Assembly (NCBI GenBank): GCA_015065105.1
Contig: SVQZ01000002.1
Span: 78,811-142,810, forward strand
DNA: 64,000 nucleotides
Reading direction: 5' to 3'
DNA from: Oscillospiraceae bacterium
GTDB taxonomy: Bacteria; Bacillota; Clostridia; Oscillospirales; CAG-272
Below, in pieces: positions 47,467-57,509 of the stretch. Below the pieces are notes generated by a model. The model saw nothing but the letters and a program-made list of their open reading frames with translations, was not told the origin of the DNA and did not search any database. Numbering within the stretch: the stretch's first letter is position 1; each line of letters starts with the position of its first letter. The translations under genes were made by a program, and so were the position numbers.

Positions 47467-48696
47467 TTACGAATTTTTAATTTTATCCCAATATGCCTTT
47501 GCGGCCTGCTCGGTCTTGTTCTCTGCATATTCGTAGTATTTTGCCCCCAAAAGATCGTTGGGAAGATATTGCTGCTTTACGTAATGACCGGGATAATCAT
47601 GGGGGTATTTATAGTTATCGTAGCGGTTAGAGGGTCTCATATGGTCGGGGATGTTTTGCCCCTTTCCTTTTTCGATATCCTCTGCCGCCGCGGCATAGGC
47701 AAGATATGCGGAATTTGACTTGGGTGCGGTTGCAAGCAGTATTGCCGCATTTGCAAGAGGTATGCGTGCCTCGGGCATACCGAGATCAAAGGCTGACTGT
47801 ACGCAGGCACGTACTATCGATGCCGCCTGAGGGTATGCAAGGCCTATATCCTCGCTTGCTATGACCTGCAGACGTCTGCAAACTCCTATAAGGTCTCCGC
47901 CCTCAAGGGCTTTTGCAACGTAAAATATTGTTGCATCGGGATCAGAGCCGCGGATAGACTTTTGTATTCCGGAAAGAATGTCATAATGAACGGTCCCCGA
48001 TTTATCAAAGCTTCCCACGACCTTGGGTGCAAAGGTCTTTACTCCCTCGGCGGTTATAACGTCGTCGGAAACGTGATATACGTTTTCAAGATAGTTAAGG
48101 CTTCGTCTTACATCCCCCGCACCTATCTCTGCGATATATGTAAGGGCGTCACTGTCCGCAGTCTTTTTTACGGGCGAATCTTCGTTTAAAATGTCAAGGG
48201 CCCGCTTTAATGCGGGGATTATATCGTCTGTACCCACCGATTTGAATTCAAAGGTAGCGCTTCTTGAAATGATAGCGTTGTAAACGTATAAATGGGGATT
48301 TTCGGTGGTTGAGGCGATAAGAGTTATCCTTCCGTCCTCCATGTATTCAAGCAGGGATTGCTGCTGCTTTTTATTAAAATACTGGATCTCATCAAGATAT
48401 AACAGAATGCCGCCTGCACCGAAAAGCGAGGAGGTCTCGGCAATTACCTCGCGTACGTCAGAAAGGGAAGCGGAGGTTGCGTTTAAACTGCGCAGAGTCA
48501 TACCCGACTGTGCGGCTATTATATTTGCTGCGGTGGTCTTTCCCGTACCGGGAGGACCCCAGAATATCATATTGGGGAGGTAGTTGCTTTCAACTATACG
48601 GCGTATAGCACCCCTTTCTCCGAAAAGGTGCTTCTGACCAACCATATCGTCAAAGCTCTGCGGACGGATCCGGTCCGCTAAAGGTCTGTTTGACAT
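47467..48696 (-). CDS. rarA: Replication-associated recombination protein A (RarA/MgsA AAA+ ATPase)
   Basis: 'LADRIRPQSFDDMVGQKHL', Walker A 'GPPGTGKTT', 'LYLDEIQYFNKKQQ'. Confidence 0.9.
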   Translation of the reverse strand: MSNRPLADRIRPQSFDDMVGQKHLFGERGAIRRIVESNYLPNMIFWGPPGTGKTTAANIIAAQSGMTLRSLNATSASLSDVREVIAETSSLFGAGGILLYLDEIQYFNKKQQQSLLEYMEDGRITLIASTTENPHLYVYNAIISRSATFEFKSVGTDDIIPALKRALDILNEDSPVKKTADSDALTYIAEIGAGDVRRSLNYLENVYHVSDDVITAEGVKTFAPKVVGSFDKSGTVHYDILSGIQKSIRGSDPDATIFYVAKALEGGDLIGVCRRLQVIASEDIGLAYPQAASIVRACVQSAFDLGMPEARIPLANAAILLATAPKSNSAYLAYAAAAEDIEKGKGQNIPDHMRPSNRYDNYKYPHDYPGHYVKQQYLPNDLLGAKYYEYAENKTEQAAKAYWDKIKNS

Positions 48697-48726
48697 AATT
48701 ATTACCTTTCATTTCGTAATAATAAA

Positions 48727-48755
48727 ATTATATATTAAAACGCAAATTATGTCAA
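48727..48755 (-). promoter_or_regulatory. Candidate rarA promoter
   Basis: On the - strand: TTGACA, 17 nt, TATAAT, between the left hairpin copy and the rarA ATG. Confidence 0.5.
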
Positions 48756-48788
48756 TATAAAAGGAGTTATATTTAAAGTATAACTCCT

Positions 48789-49062
48789 CAGACTGTCGAA
48801 AAAGTCGGTCGGACGTGTGAAGAAATTCTTTTTTTAAGTTTAAGACGCCCAATAAATTAATTAGAAAACAAGCTTCACAACTCCTGATAAAGTTGAATAA
48901 CTATTCAATAGCGGTGTAAACGTCGAGTTCACACCGCTATTTCACACTTTTCCGTGAAAAGGGGCTCTACCGTACATAGTACGCCTACGTCCCCTTTTCA
49001 CGAAAACCTACGCTTCCTTTTTCGAAGCCTGACAGCTTGTCGATAAGTTTATCGACAAGCTG
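48789..49062 (-). mobile_element. 274-bp non-coding TIR-bounded element, copy 2 (inverted relative to copy 1), flanked by a duplicated 27-bp hairpin
   Basis: Its reverse complement matches 40371-40644 with one mismatch in my by-eye alignment (A/G in GTGAAGCTT[A/G]TTTTC). Flanks AGGAGTTATATTTAAAGTATAACTCCT occur at 48762-48788 and 49063-49089. The right copy contains the last codons and the stop of the aminotransferase gene. Confidence 0.8.
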
Positions 49063-49073
49063 AGGAGTTATAT

Positions 49074-49922
49074 TTAAAGTATAACTCCTGTTTCATCATA
49101 GATCTTTTTAAGGAAAAGCTCTTGGATCTTATTGGCGGTTGCCCGGTCCTTTCCGCCCACAGCCTTGCCGTCTATATCATAAACGAGGATAACGTTCTTT
49201 GTGGTGGAGCAGAGCAGGATTTCATCTGCATCCAATACCTCGTTTACGGTAAATACTCTTTGCTCTGTCAGAATACCGTTTTTATCACAAAGCTCCTTGA
49301 TTATCGCTCTTGTTATGCCGGGAAGGATAAGCTCGTCAAGAGGGGGCATTATGACCTTGCCGTTCTTGATTATGAGAATGCTTGAATGAGCTGCCTCGGT
49401 TACGCGCTCCCCTCTATGCATAAGTGCTTCGGTATAGCCCTCCTCGGTTGCCTTTTGTGCGGCAAAAACGTTGGGCAGAAGATTTACGGTTTTGATATTA
49501 CAGTATTTAAATCGCATATCCTCCATAGAAAGAAGGGATGCACGCTTGTCCTTTGCGGGAAGCGGGCAGCTTTTTACGAACATAAGAAGATTTGGCTTTA
49601 CCGATTCGGGAAATTCATGCTTGCGGGGAGCGTTTCCGCGGGAAACCTGTATATAGAGCATGGTTGTGCCCATATCCGCCATAGAGAGGAGCTTGTCTAT
49701 CTCTGTCTTAAGTGCTTCTCTGTCCATATTAAAGCTGATGCTTGTCAGCTCGCAGCTTCGGTAGAGTCTGTCAAGATGCATATCAAGGGTGAAGGGCTTG
49801 CGGTCAAGAACGAGAATTGCGTCATATACCGCATCCCCGAAATATATTGAGCGCTCCGACATCGGAACGGTCATTGTGTCAAAATCTCCGAAGGTCCCAT
49901 TAAAATAAGCATTATTTTTCAT
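49074..49922 (-). CDS. Class IV aminotransferase (D-amino-acid / branched-chain type)
   Basis: 282 aa, 'RSIYFGDAVYDAI', 'NIKTVNLLPNV', fold-type IV pattern. Confidence 0.7.
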   Translation of the reverse strand: MKNNAYFNGTFGDFDTMTVPMSERSIYFGDAVYDAILVLDRKPFTLDMHLDRLYRSCELTSISFNMDREALKTEIDKLLSMADMGTTMLYIQVSRGNAPRKHEFPESVKPNLLMFVKSCPLPAKDKRASLLSMEDMRFKYCNIKTVNLLPNVFAAQKATEEGYTEALMHRGERVTEAAHSSILIIKNGKVIMPPLDELILPGITRAIIKELCDKNGILTEQRVFTVNEVLDADEILLCSTTKNVILVYDIDGKAVGGKDRATANKIQELFLKKIYDETGVIL

Positions 49923-50044
49923 TTTTATGCCTCGTTTGTTTTTGTAATTGAGAATATTATATATTATGTTTCAAATCAAGTCAATGATAATATTATAAAT
50001 GAAAATCTTTTTTTAAGAAAATTTCAAAAACCCCTTGCCAAATC

Positions 50045-50073
50045 GAAAATGATATGCTATAATACCTTTTGTT
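50045..50073 (+). promoter_or_regulatory. Promoter of tRNA-Ser
   Basis: TTGCCA, 17 nt, TATAAT, ending 10 nt before the tRNA 5' end. Confidence 0.6.
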
Positions 50074-50083
50074 CAGCGAATAC

Positions 50084-50174
50084 GGAGAAGTACTCAAGTC
50101 GGTGAAGAGGCGCCCCTGCTAAGGGTGTAGGTCGAGCAATCGGCGCGAGAGTTCGAATCTCTCCTTCTCCGCCA
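50084..50174 (+). tRNA. tRNA-Ser (anticodon GCT), class II, encoded CCA
   Basis: GGAGAAG acceptor pairing with CTTCTCC, anticodon loop CT-GCT-AA, long variable arm, T-loop GGTTCGAATCT... (GAGAGTTCGAATCTCTC). Confidence 0.9.
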
Positions 50175-50175
50175 G

Positions 50176-50206
50176 AAAAAACCTCATCGAAAGATGAGGT
50201 TTTTTC
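50176..50206 (+). terminator. Terminator after tRNA-Ser
   Basis: AACCTCATC-GAAA-GATGAGGTT followed by a T-run. Confidence 0.8.
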
Positions 50207-50282
50207 AATAAAACAAGCTTCCTTGACGGATTTGTGAAATACGTCGCTGTGCATGAAATTAAAGAAAGCAAAAGGCAAAACA

Positions 50283-51011
50283 ATGAAATATCTTTTCTTT
50301 GACTATGACGGAACTCTTGCATATAACGGTAAAATATCCGAAGCTAACATAAAGGCTCTTGAAAAGGCAAGGGCCGCAGGACATAAGATATTTTTGCATA
50401 CCGGCAGAAGTAAAGCGAACGTCCCCGATGAGGTTTTTTATGATATCGTATGGGACGGAATGATCTGCGGTAAGGGATACATGGAATATAACGGAAGAGT
50501 ACTTTTTGAATATACACTTTCATCCGACGTGCTTATACGTGCCCTTAAATACTGTGACGAAAAGGATGTACGCATACTCTGGGAAGGAGTTGAAAGGGTA
50601 TATTCAAACAGACCAAACGAATGGCTTGTTGATATTTATGAGCACCTTTTGGCGGCGGACTCTCTTCGTATAACCAACCTTCAGATCGCCGGACCCATGC
50701 CCGAAAGGGATAAAGCTCTCTTTTCCGACGTTGAACTCTGCTGTTTTTCCGGTTATTCCGAGATATCGCCGAAGGGGATTACAAAATCTACAGGGCTGAA
50801 GATTTTTGAAAAGGAGATCGGGGTATCCCACAGTGATATAATAGTTTTCGGAGACAGCGAAAACGATCTTGAAATGGTTGAGTATGCCGAGACCTCGGTT
50901 ATTATGAACCATGCTCCCTCGATGCTTTGGAAATATGCTGCTCTTCGTACCGATTCGGATGAGAACGGCGTTGCAGAGGGGATAGAGAAGATATTATTTA
51001 ATACTAAGTGA
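50283..51011 (+). CDS. Cof-type HAD-IIB family hydrolase
   Basis: 'MKYLFFDYDGTL' (DxD motif I) and 'FGDSENDLEM' (motif IV). The alternative upstream start at 50253 adds 10 aa. Confidence 0.8.
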   Translation: MKYLFFDYDGTLAYNGKISEANIKALEKARAAGHKIFLHTGRSKANVPDEVFYDIVWDGMICGKGYMEYNGRVLFEYTLSSDVLIRALKYCDEKDVRILWEGVERVYSNRPNEWLVDIYEHLLAADSLRITNLQIAGPMPERDKALFSDVELCCFSGYSEISPKGITKSTGLKIFEKEIGVSHSDIIVFGDSENDLEMVEYAETSVIMNHAPSMLWKYAALRTDSDENGVAEGIEKILFNTK

Positions 51012-51158
51012 AAAAACAGCACCCGACGGAAGGGAGCTTCTTTGCGAAGCATCTTCGGACGGGTGCATTTTTGATCTATAGGAAAACACTCTGCTTCGTG
51101 CAGGCCGTTTGCGCTAAGGAAAACAGCAAGATCAGGCGCTTGCATTTAAAGGGGAATA

Positions 51159-52904
51159 TTAAGAAAAAATAACAGAAACCTCGTTGGATACTATTTTATT
51201 GCCTGAGCTGTCTGTTACTGTTATACGATAACGTCCGTTATAATCTCTGTCCTCTTTATCGGATAAAAACGTTTCGTTCATGGTATAAGAGTCTTTTGTT
51301 TCGATTTTAATCGTTGACCATTTGTTTCGTCTGTCGCTGTAGTATTCTATCTTGTAGGTATAAGGCGGTATGCCGAAATCGGAAGCTAATTTGATATAAA
51401 GATAAACGTCCTCTCTCACGTCGGTGACACGGATCTCATCGGGAAGATCGTTAGCGAATGCCAAACCGGTGAGAAGGAATTTTGTTTCGGGAGAATAAGC
51501 AAAATCACCGTTTGAATCGGTAACCTTGCAACGGAATGTATCATAGTATTCCGCTATACAGCCCGATACGGTTACGGTAAAGGAATCGGCATCCGATTCA
51601 CCGAATTCGAAACGCTCAATAGTTGAAACAGAGATCCATTCACCGCCTGTGCAGTCATATACCTCCCATTCGTAGGTGTAGGGGGCGCTTCCGCCCATGG
51701 CGTCGGCATTAAGAACGCTGTTGCCGTTCGGTTCGATATCAATGACCTTATCCTCATAACCAAACCAAAGGGGGAAGCTGACGAAAACGGTTTCGGAGAT
51801 AAGGATCCCGCCCTTCGTGTCGGCGGCTACACATCTGAATTCTGCGTTGTTTTTTCTGTGTTCTTCATTTGCCGTAAAGCTGTATTCGGAGTCATTTGCT
51901 CCGAAAATATCAGTAAAATCAGAATCGGCACCGTACTTTATCTGCCACTGATAGCTAACGGAAGGCTTACCGCCTGCGGTTTCGAATTTGAATGTAACGG
52001 TGTCGCCGATATTTGCATCAACGGCTTCAGGATTACTTATTATTACGAAAGGATCGGGAACGAGCAGGGGAAGAGCACGCTCTTCGGCCGTACCGCAGAC
52101 ACCGCATACTCTCACCTCAACACCCTCGGTATCATAGGTAGGTGCAAGGGTCTCTTCCCAATTACCGAAGCTGTGGTCTGTTACGGGAATGGCTGTTGTT
52201 TCTGTTTCACCGCATTCACAGCTTCTTGTACGGATACCCTCGGTCAGACAGCTTGAGGGGAGGGTGATCTCCCATTCGCCGAATGAATGCTCATGGGGAG
52301 CTTCCTTAAAGCATCTGTAAAGGAAGGTAACGATCTGAGCTCGGTTACAGTTCATTGCGGGACTGAAGCTTTTGTTACCCGTACCTGTTGTAATACTATT
52401 TTCAACCGCCCAGAGAACGGCCTTGAGATAATAGGCGTTTTCGTTTACGTCGGCAAAGGGGTTTTCACCTTCTGCCTCGGGAGTACCCATGGCTCTCCAA
52501 AGGAAGGTAACGATCTGAGCTCGGTTGCAATTCGTTACGGGGCTGAAGCTTCCGTTGCCTGTGCCTGCCGTAACACCTGCCTCAACTGCCCAGAGTACAG
52601 CCTTGTAATAATAGGCATCCTCGGATACGTCATTAAAGCTCATTATGTCAGAGCCGGGCTCGGGCGAACCGGCGGCGCGCCATAAGAAGGTTACTGCCTG
52701 GGCACGGTTACAGCTTGTTGCAGGGCTGAATTTACCGTTGCCCGTACCTGTTGTTATCTCCTTATTTACCGCCCATGCAACCGCTTCTGCATAATAAGCA
52801 TCTTCGGGAACGTCGGAGAATGCGGGAGTGTCTGCCATAACGGAGATTGGCAGGCAAAGCGCCGCAAACAAAAATACCAAAACAAGCGATAAAAATCTTT
52901 TCAT
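51159..52904 (-). CDS. Secreted protein with three N-terminal SLH repeats and repeated Ig-like/beta-sandwich modules
   Basis: Signal peptide. Three near-identical SLH units ('F.DV.E.AYY..AV.WAV...ITTGTGNG.FSP...CNRAQ.VTFLWRA'). Confidence 0.8.
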   Translation of the reverse strand: MKRFLSLVLVFLFAALCLPISVMADTPAFSDVPEDAYYAEAVAWAVNKEITTGTGNGKFSPATSCNRAQAVTFLWRAAGSPEPGSDIMSFNDVSEDAYYYKAVLWAVEAGVTAGTGNGSFSPVTNCNRAQIVTFLWRAMGTPEAEGENPFADVNENAYYLKAVLWAVENSITTGTGNKSFSPAMNCNRAQIVTFLYRCFKEAPHEHSFGEWEITLPSSCLTEGIRTRSCECGETETTAIPVTDHSFGNWEETLAPTYDTEGVEVRVCGVCGTAEERALPLLVPDPFVIISNPEAVDANIGDTVTFKFETAGGKPSVSYQWQIKYGADSDFTDIFGANDSEYSFTANEEHRKNNAEFRCVAADTKGGILISETVFVSFPLWFGYEDKVIDIEPNGNSVLNADAMGGSAPYTYEWEVYDCTGGEWISVSTIERFEFGESDADSFTVTVSGCIAEYYDTFRCKVTDSNGDFAYSPETKFLLTGLAFANDLPDEIRVTDVREDVYLYIKLASDFGIPPYTYKIEYYSDRRNKWSTIKIETKDSYTMNETFLSDKEDRDYNGRYRITVTDSSGNKIVSNEVSVIFS

Positions 52905-53173
52905 TATTTTTCTCCTGTATTATATTTATGGTTCGGTTCTTATAATGTAATCACTATCATTATAACACAGAATGAAAAGAAATTCTACAGTTTTCTAAAA
53001 AAAGTAACAAAACGGTTTTGTGTGTATCTGTTAAAAAAGCGCCGCAGGGCGTACCGGAATCCGCTTTTTTCTTGCGGTGAAAACAACTTACACGAAACTA
53101 AGCGGCTTCCGACTGTATAAAAAGAAGAGGTATTTTATATAGGAAAATCGTAAGAATATTCAAGATTTATTTA

Positions 53174-53202
53174 TTTACAAACCCCGAAAGCTGTGATATA
53201 AT
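53174..53202 (+). promoter_or_regulatory. Candidate promoter of the glycyl-radical enzyme gene
   Basis: TTTACA, 17 nt, TATAAT, 38 nt upstream of the ATG (GGAGG RBS). Confidence 0.5.
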
Positions 53203-53240
53203 ATAAATATACGATTATTTTCAGAGCCAAGGAGGCAATT

Positions 53241-55415
53241 ATGGACGAAAGACTTAAGTTAGACCCGTTAGCATACGGATTTTTCAAAAACAAGGACGGT
53301 GAGCTTGCGGAGCGCATTGCGGATGCACTTCTCGAAGGCTCTAAGAATATTGAGATCGCCTTTAACAGACATCTGCTTCCTCATGTTTGGTGCCACGTAA
53401 GCGGCGGCGCGGGTTTCAGCTACGAATATTCCCTTGATTATAATTTCAGTGCCGACAGACACGAAAAGAGAAAAGAAGAAAATCCCGAGCATGCCGATTA
53501 TCTCGACGAGGTTTGGAGAGAGTTCCGCTTTTTCCACGACGGATGTTACCGCCACAACTATACTCCGTGGCAAGGGCAGATGCGCGATTCGGGAGCTATG
53601 TGGGGCGGTACATGGGAAGGCCACTCCAATCCCGATTTCGGCAGAATTATAAACCTTGGTACCAACGGTATCCGTAAGCTTATTGCAGATGCAAAGGAAA
53701 AGAATACGTACGATTCGGATTGGTTCTACCGTGCTCTTGAAAAGACCCTTGATGCGATAGATAATTTCGGCGACAGATTCCGTGAGCTTGCAAAAAAGCT
53801 TGCATTTGAATCTGAGGATCCCAAGGAAAAGAGAAGATACGAAAGAACTGCCGAAGCGTTTGAGGTGATTCCCCGTGAGCCTGCATACGATTTTAATTCC
53901 GCAGTTCTTGCATTCTGGTTCATCTTCTCCTTCGACGGAGTTGATTCGCCCGGACGCTTTGACCAATATATGTACCGTTGCTATGCGGTAGAGCAGGATA
54001 AGGAAGAAAGAGCTGAAATGCTTGAGCGTCTTTGGGAGACCTTCCATGATACCCGTACATGGAATCTCTGTCTTGCAGGCTCGGATGAAAATTGGAATGA
54101 TACTGCAAACGAGCTTACCTTTGATATCCTTAAGTTAGCGGCTGAAAAGAAATATGAAACTCCCAATATTACTCTCCGTATTCACAGAAATACATCTGAG
54201 GAGCTCTGGGAACAGATCGCGAAAACTACCGCTTCGGGTATCGGTATGCCTGCCCTTTATAACGACGAGATAGTTTGCCCCGCCCTTGAAGCTATAGGTA
54301 TTCCTCCTGTACACAGCCATGAATACTGCATGAACGGCTGTAATCAGATAGATATTTTCGGTAAGAGCCATATGGGTCTTGAGGACGGCGAGGTCTTCTT
54401 TGCCAAGTGTCTTGAATATACACTTCATAACGGAAAGAATGCGCTTAACGGTAATGTTGAAACTCTTACTACCGGTGATGCCCGTAGATTTGAAAGCTAT
54501 GAAGAGCTTGAAAATGCGTTCTACAAGCAGCTTGAATACGCAACCTTCCTTGCCTGCACCTGGGCGAACTCCGCGCAGGCACACAGAGCAAAGTATAAGC
54601 CCAATCCCCTTCGTTCCTGCCTTATCGAGGGATGTATAGAAAAGGCGAGGGATTACCGTAACGGCGGACCGCTCTACGGTCACGGCCAGATACTTGCAGA
54701 GGGCATTGCCGATGCGGGCGACAGCCTCTATGCGGTAAAGAAGCTTGTTTTTGACGAAAAGAAATATACAATGGATGAGCTTATCACAGCTCTTGAAGCA
54801 AACTTTGAGGGTTATGAAAAGCTGAGAACCGAGTTTGCTAATTGCGAAAAGTTTGGTAATGACTGCGAAGAGGTAGATAATATAACCTCAAAAATGCTTA
54901 ACCGCTTCTTTACCGTTCTTAAAAGAACGAATACATACCGCGGCGGTATCTATACAGGCGGATGCAGTCCCTTCTCCCGTGCCGCAGGCTACGGAAGACA
55001 GCTTGCCGCAATGCCCAACGGCAGAAAGGCAAATGATCCCATCATCGCTGACAGTACCGGACCTGTTCCCGGCTGTGCAAATAACGGCCCTACCGCAATT
55101 CTTAATTCTGTTCTTAAATTCGACCATTGGAATGCGGGAAGCGGATTTATCCTTAACGTTAAATTCGATAAAAACTTCTTTGATACCGAAGAGGGAAGAG
55201 CAAACTTCGTTGCTCTTGCGAAGGCATATTTCGGAATGGGCGGTCAGCAGCTTACCTCTACCGTTGTTGATCCCCAAGAGCTTCTTGATGCTCTTGAGCA
55301 TCCCGAAAATCATAAAGACCTTATCGTTCGTGTCGGCGGTTTCTCCGCAAAGTTCGTTGAGATCGACCGCGGTTTACAGGAAAACGTTATTAAACGTGCT
55401 ATGATGAACGAATAA
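53241..55415 (+). CDS. Pyruvate formate-lyase-like glycyl radical enzyme, unknown substrate
   Basis: C-terminal glycyl-radical fingerprint 'LIVRVGGFSAKFVEI'. Candidate Cys loop 'YCMNGCNQID'. 724 aa. Confidence 0.8.
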   Translation: MDERLKLDPLAYGFFKNKDGELAERIADALLEGSKNIEIAFNRHLLPHVWCHVSGGAGFSYEYSLDYNFSADRHEKRKEENPEHADYLDEVWREFRFFHDGCYRHNYTPWQGQMRDSGAMWGGTWEGHSNPDFGRIINLGTNGIRKLIADAKEKNTYDSDWFYRALEKTLDAIDNFGDRFRELAKKLAFESEDPKEKRRYERTAEAFEVIPREPAYDFNSAVLAFWFIFSFDGVDSPGRFDQYMYRCYAVEQDKEERAEMLERLWETFHDTRTWNLCLAGSDENWNDTANELTFDILKLAAEKKYETPNITLRIHRNTSEELWEQIAKTTASGIGMPALYNDEIVCPALEAIGIPPVHSHEYCMNGCNQIDIFGKSHMGLEDGEVFFAKCLEYTLHNGKNALNGNVETLTTGDARRFESYEELENAFYKQLEYATFLACTWANSAQAHRAKYKPNPLRSCLIEGCIEKARDYRNGGPLYGHGQILAEGIADAGDSLYAVKKLVFDEKKYTMDELITALEANFEGYEKLRTEFANCEKFGNDCEEVDNITSKMLNRFFTVLKRTNTYRGGIYTGGCSPFSRAAGYGRQLAAMPNGRKANDPIIADSTGPVPGCANNGPTAILNSVLKFDHWNAGSGFILNVKFDKNFFDTEEGRANFVALAKAYFGMGGQQLTSTVVDPQELLDALEHPENHKDLIVRVGGFSAKFVEIDRGLQENVIKRAMMNE

Positions 55416-55449
55416 GAGTTATCCTCGGATTCCAAAGTAAGATAAAAAT

Positions 55450-55497
55450 AACAGAGAATGCTCGTGTGTGGTTTATACGATCCATTCTCTGTTTTTA
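55450..55497 (+). terminator. Terminator after the glycyl radical enzyme gene
   Basis: AACAGAGAATG / CATTCTCTGTT 11-bp stem with a long loop, followed by T5. Confidence 0.5.
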
Positions 55498-55510
55498 TAT
55501 TATTGTAAAC

Positions 55511-55560
55511 CGCCCTGCTTTGTGCGAGGGGAAAATCCGGTGTGCCCGGCGGTGCTTTTA
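55511..55560. repeat. Shortened third copy of the 1338-1516 repeat family
   Basis: 'GGGGAAAATCCGGTGTGCCCGGCGGTGCTTTTAACGTTTTA' compared with 'GGGGCGGAATTCGGTGCGCCCGGCGGCGCTTTTTAATTTATA'. Confidence 0.6.
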
Positions 55561-55602
55561 ACGTTTTAAGAATTATGCTTTTGATTTACATCGGTAAATT
55601 TG

Positions 55603-56412
55603 TCATTGCAACAGCATTTTTTTGATATTTTCTTCAAAGCTTTTTGAATCAAGAAGGAGCATCTTATCTCTGTAATAGACACTTCCGTATTCAAAATCAA
55701 CATTTTCAACTTTTATTGCTTTTTCACTTGCAAGGGTGGTCCAGTCATCCGAAAAGAAATAGTATCCGTCGGCGGTCTTTTCTATTTGCGGATGATAAGG
55801 ATATTCTGTAGAATAAGGGGTCTGACGTTTTGTTTCGCCTTCGGCGGTATCTGCATTAAGGGCAAGTATTGCAATATCTTCACCGACATCTCTTATCGGA
55901 ATGAGGTATTTATGGCCCTTATTCATATAAAACTGCTCGCCGCAGAATAATTGCATATCCTCAATAAGAATCTTTTCTCCTGCGGTAAAATCACCGCTCC
56001 ACACTCTTTCAATTTCAAATTCATATATCACGCTTACGGTATAGCAATACGCTCTGTCATTTTCCGAAAATTTTGAGCTTCTTACACTGTATTCATAGGT
56101 CTTTTCATAAAGGCTTGTAACCCTTCCCTCTATGAAAGCACAGTCCTTTGTAAATGATTCGTAAAATGGAGCGATATCACCTGTCGCTAAGCCTTGGGTT
56201 GTAGATTCCGAAGGTATAAAAGCCTTATTTTCTCCGTAAAAGGAAAGATCTGAGTATGATACGGGTGACGTATAGCTTGTTTTTTCATTTTTTTGAATTG
56301 CTTTTGTTTCTTTACGGGTTTTCGTTTCTTTTTCAAGAATATTTTTTTGTACGCACCCGCACAGTATCAACATAACAGCGGTCAACAATACGATTATTTT
56401 TTTGAATGACAT
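55603..56412 (-). CDS. Lipoprotein, unknown function
   Basis: Signal peptide with lipobox 'LILCGC'. I recognise no domain. Confidence 0.6.
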   Translation of the reverse strand: MSFKKIIVLLTAVMLILCGCVQKNILEKETKTRKETKAIQKNEKTSYTSPVSYSDLSFYGENKAFIPSESTTQGLATGDIAPFYESFTKDCAFIEGRVTSLYEKTYEYSVRSSKFSENDRAYCYTVSVIYEFEIERVWSGDFTAGEKILIEDMQLFCGEQFYMNKGHKYLIPIRDVGEDIAILALNADTAEGETKRQTPYSTEYPYHPQIEKTADGYYFFSDDWTTLASEKAIKVENVDFEYGSVYYRDKMLLLDSKSFEENIKKMLLQ

Positions 56413-56491
56413 ATTTTCACCTCCTGACCATAAAGTAGCAATTTAATGAAAAAGGTCACAAAAAGCACGTTTGAAAACGTGCTTTTTGAAT

Positions 56492-57316
56492 TTATTCTTT
56501 CTTGTTTGCAATACCGTATTTACCCGAAACTCTGTATATCCAGATGCCGAGACCGAGATACGCCAGGGCCTCAAGAAATATAGGAAGCCAGAACATGCCG
56601 CTTGCTCCGAAATGATTTTTGGAATAATAAAAAATGCGGACTATCGTATAGAATACTGTGTAAAGGCAGAAGATGAGCCCCGGTGCAAAGGAAAGGATCA
56701 TAAGCTTGCTTCTCGGGCGTTTCAGCGCAACGGGAATTGTCAGGATCATTAACAAACCAAGGCAGAGTATTGTAGTAATATATAATCCTATAACAGTAAA
56801 AAACCATAATCCTTGGAATGCCATATAATTAAAACTTCTTGAAGAAGTGAGATAATCGATAATATATCTAATGAGATAAATTATGTTGGGAATCATTAAC
56901 AGGAAGATTCCTGCGGTAAGACCGAATCCCGAATGCTTTACAAAGAGCATAACGGCTATTGCGATAAACAGAAAGAACTCTATGTACATTAATGCAGTAC
57001 CCAATATATCGTACTTATTAAAGAAATAATTGATAAACCAACTTTTGATACCTGTTAAATTAACGTTTCCGTTAAGTATATTCCGGTAAAATGAGAGTAT
57101 AAAACTGTATGAAATATTGAATAAGGGATAAAGAAAGAAGAGGAATGCCGCAAAGCAGAAGGGTTTCTTTATTTTTGCGGGAACAGGCGCTTCTATGAGT
57201 ACAGGCTCTTCCTTTACAGGCTCGGGTTTAACGCTTTCCTGCTGTATTGAAATTCCGCACTTTCCGCAGAATTTTGCACCATTGGGAATATCGGTTTGAC
57301 AGTTGGGACATTTCAT
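56492..57316 (-). CDS. Zinc-ribbon domain-containing polytopic membrane protein
   Basis: 'MKCPNCQTDIPNGAKFCGKCG' followed by about 6 TM helices. Confidence 0.7.
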   Translation of the reverse strand: MKCPNCQTDIPNGAKFCGKCGISIQQESVKPEPVKEEPVLIEAPVPAKIKKPFCFAAFLFFLYPLFNISYSFILSFYRNILNGNVNLTGIKSWFINYFFNKYDILGTALMYIEFFLFIAIAVMLFVKHSGFGLTAGIFLLMIPNIIYLIRYIIDYLTSSRSFNYMAFQGLWFFTVIGLYITTILCLGLLMILTIPVALKRPRSKLMILSFAPGLIFCLYTVFYTIVRIFYYSKNHFGASGMFWLPIFLEALAYLGLGIWIYRVSGKYGIANKKE

Positions 57317-57509
57317 GAGTTTTCTCCTTTCAAAACTATAGATTTAATAATTCTTTCTCTTTCTTTTCGGATATGTCTTTTATATCCCGGCTCATATCAA
57401 AAGCATTCAAGTATTTTTTTCATTATATCATATCTTTTCCTCTGAATCAACTGTATATTTATATTTATTCAGAGAATAATATAAAAAAATATATTTTCGG
57501 AGGTCATAT

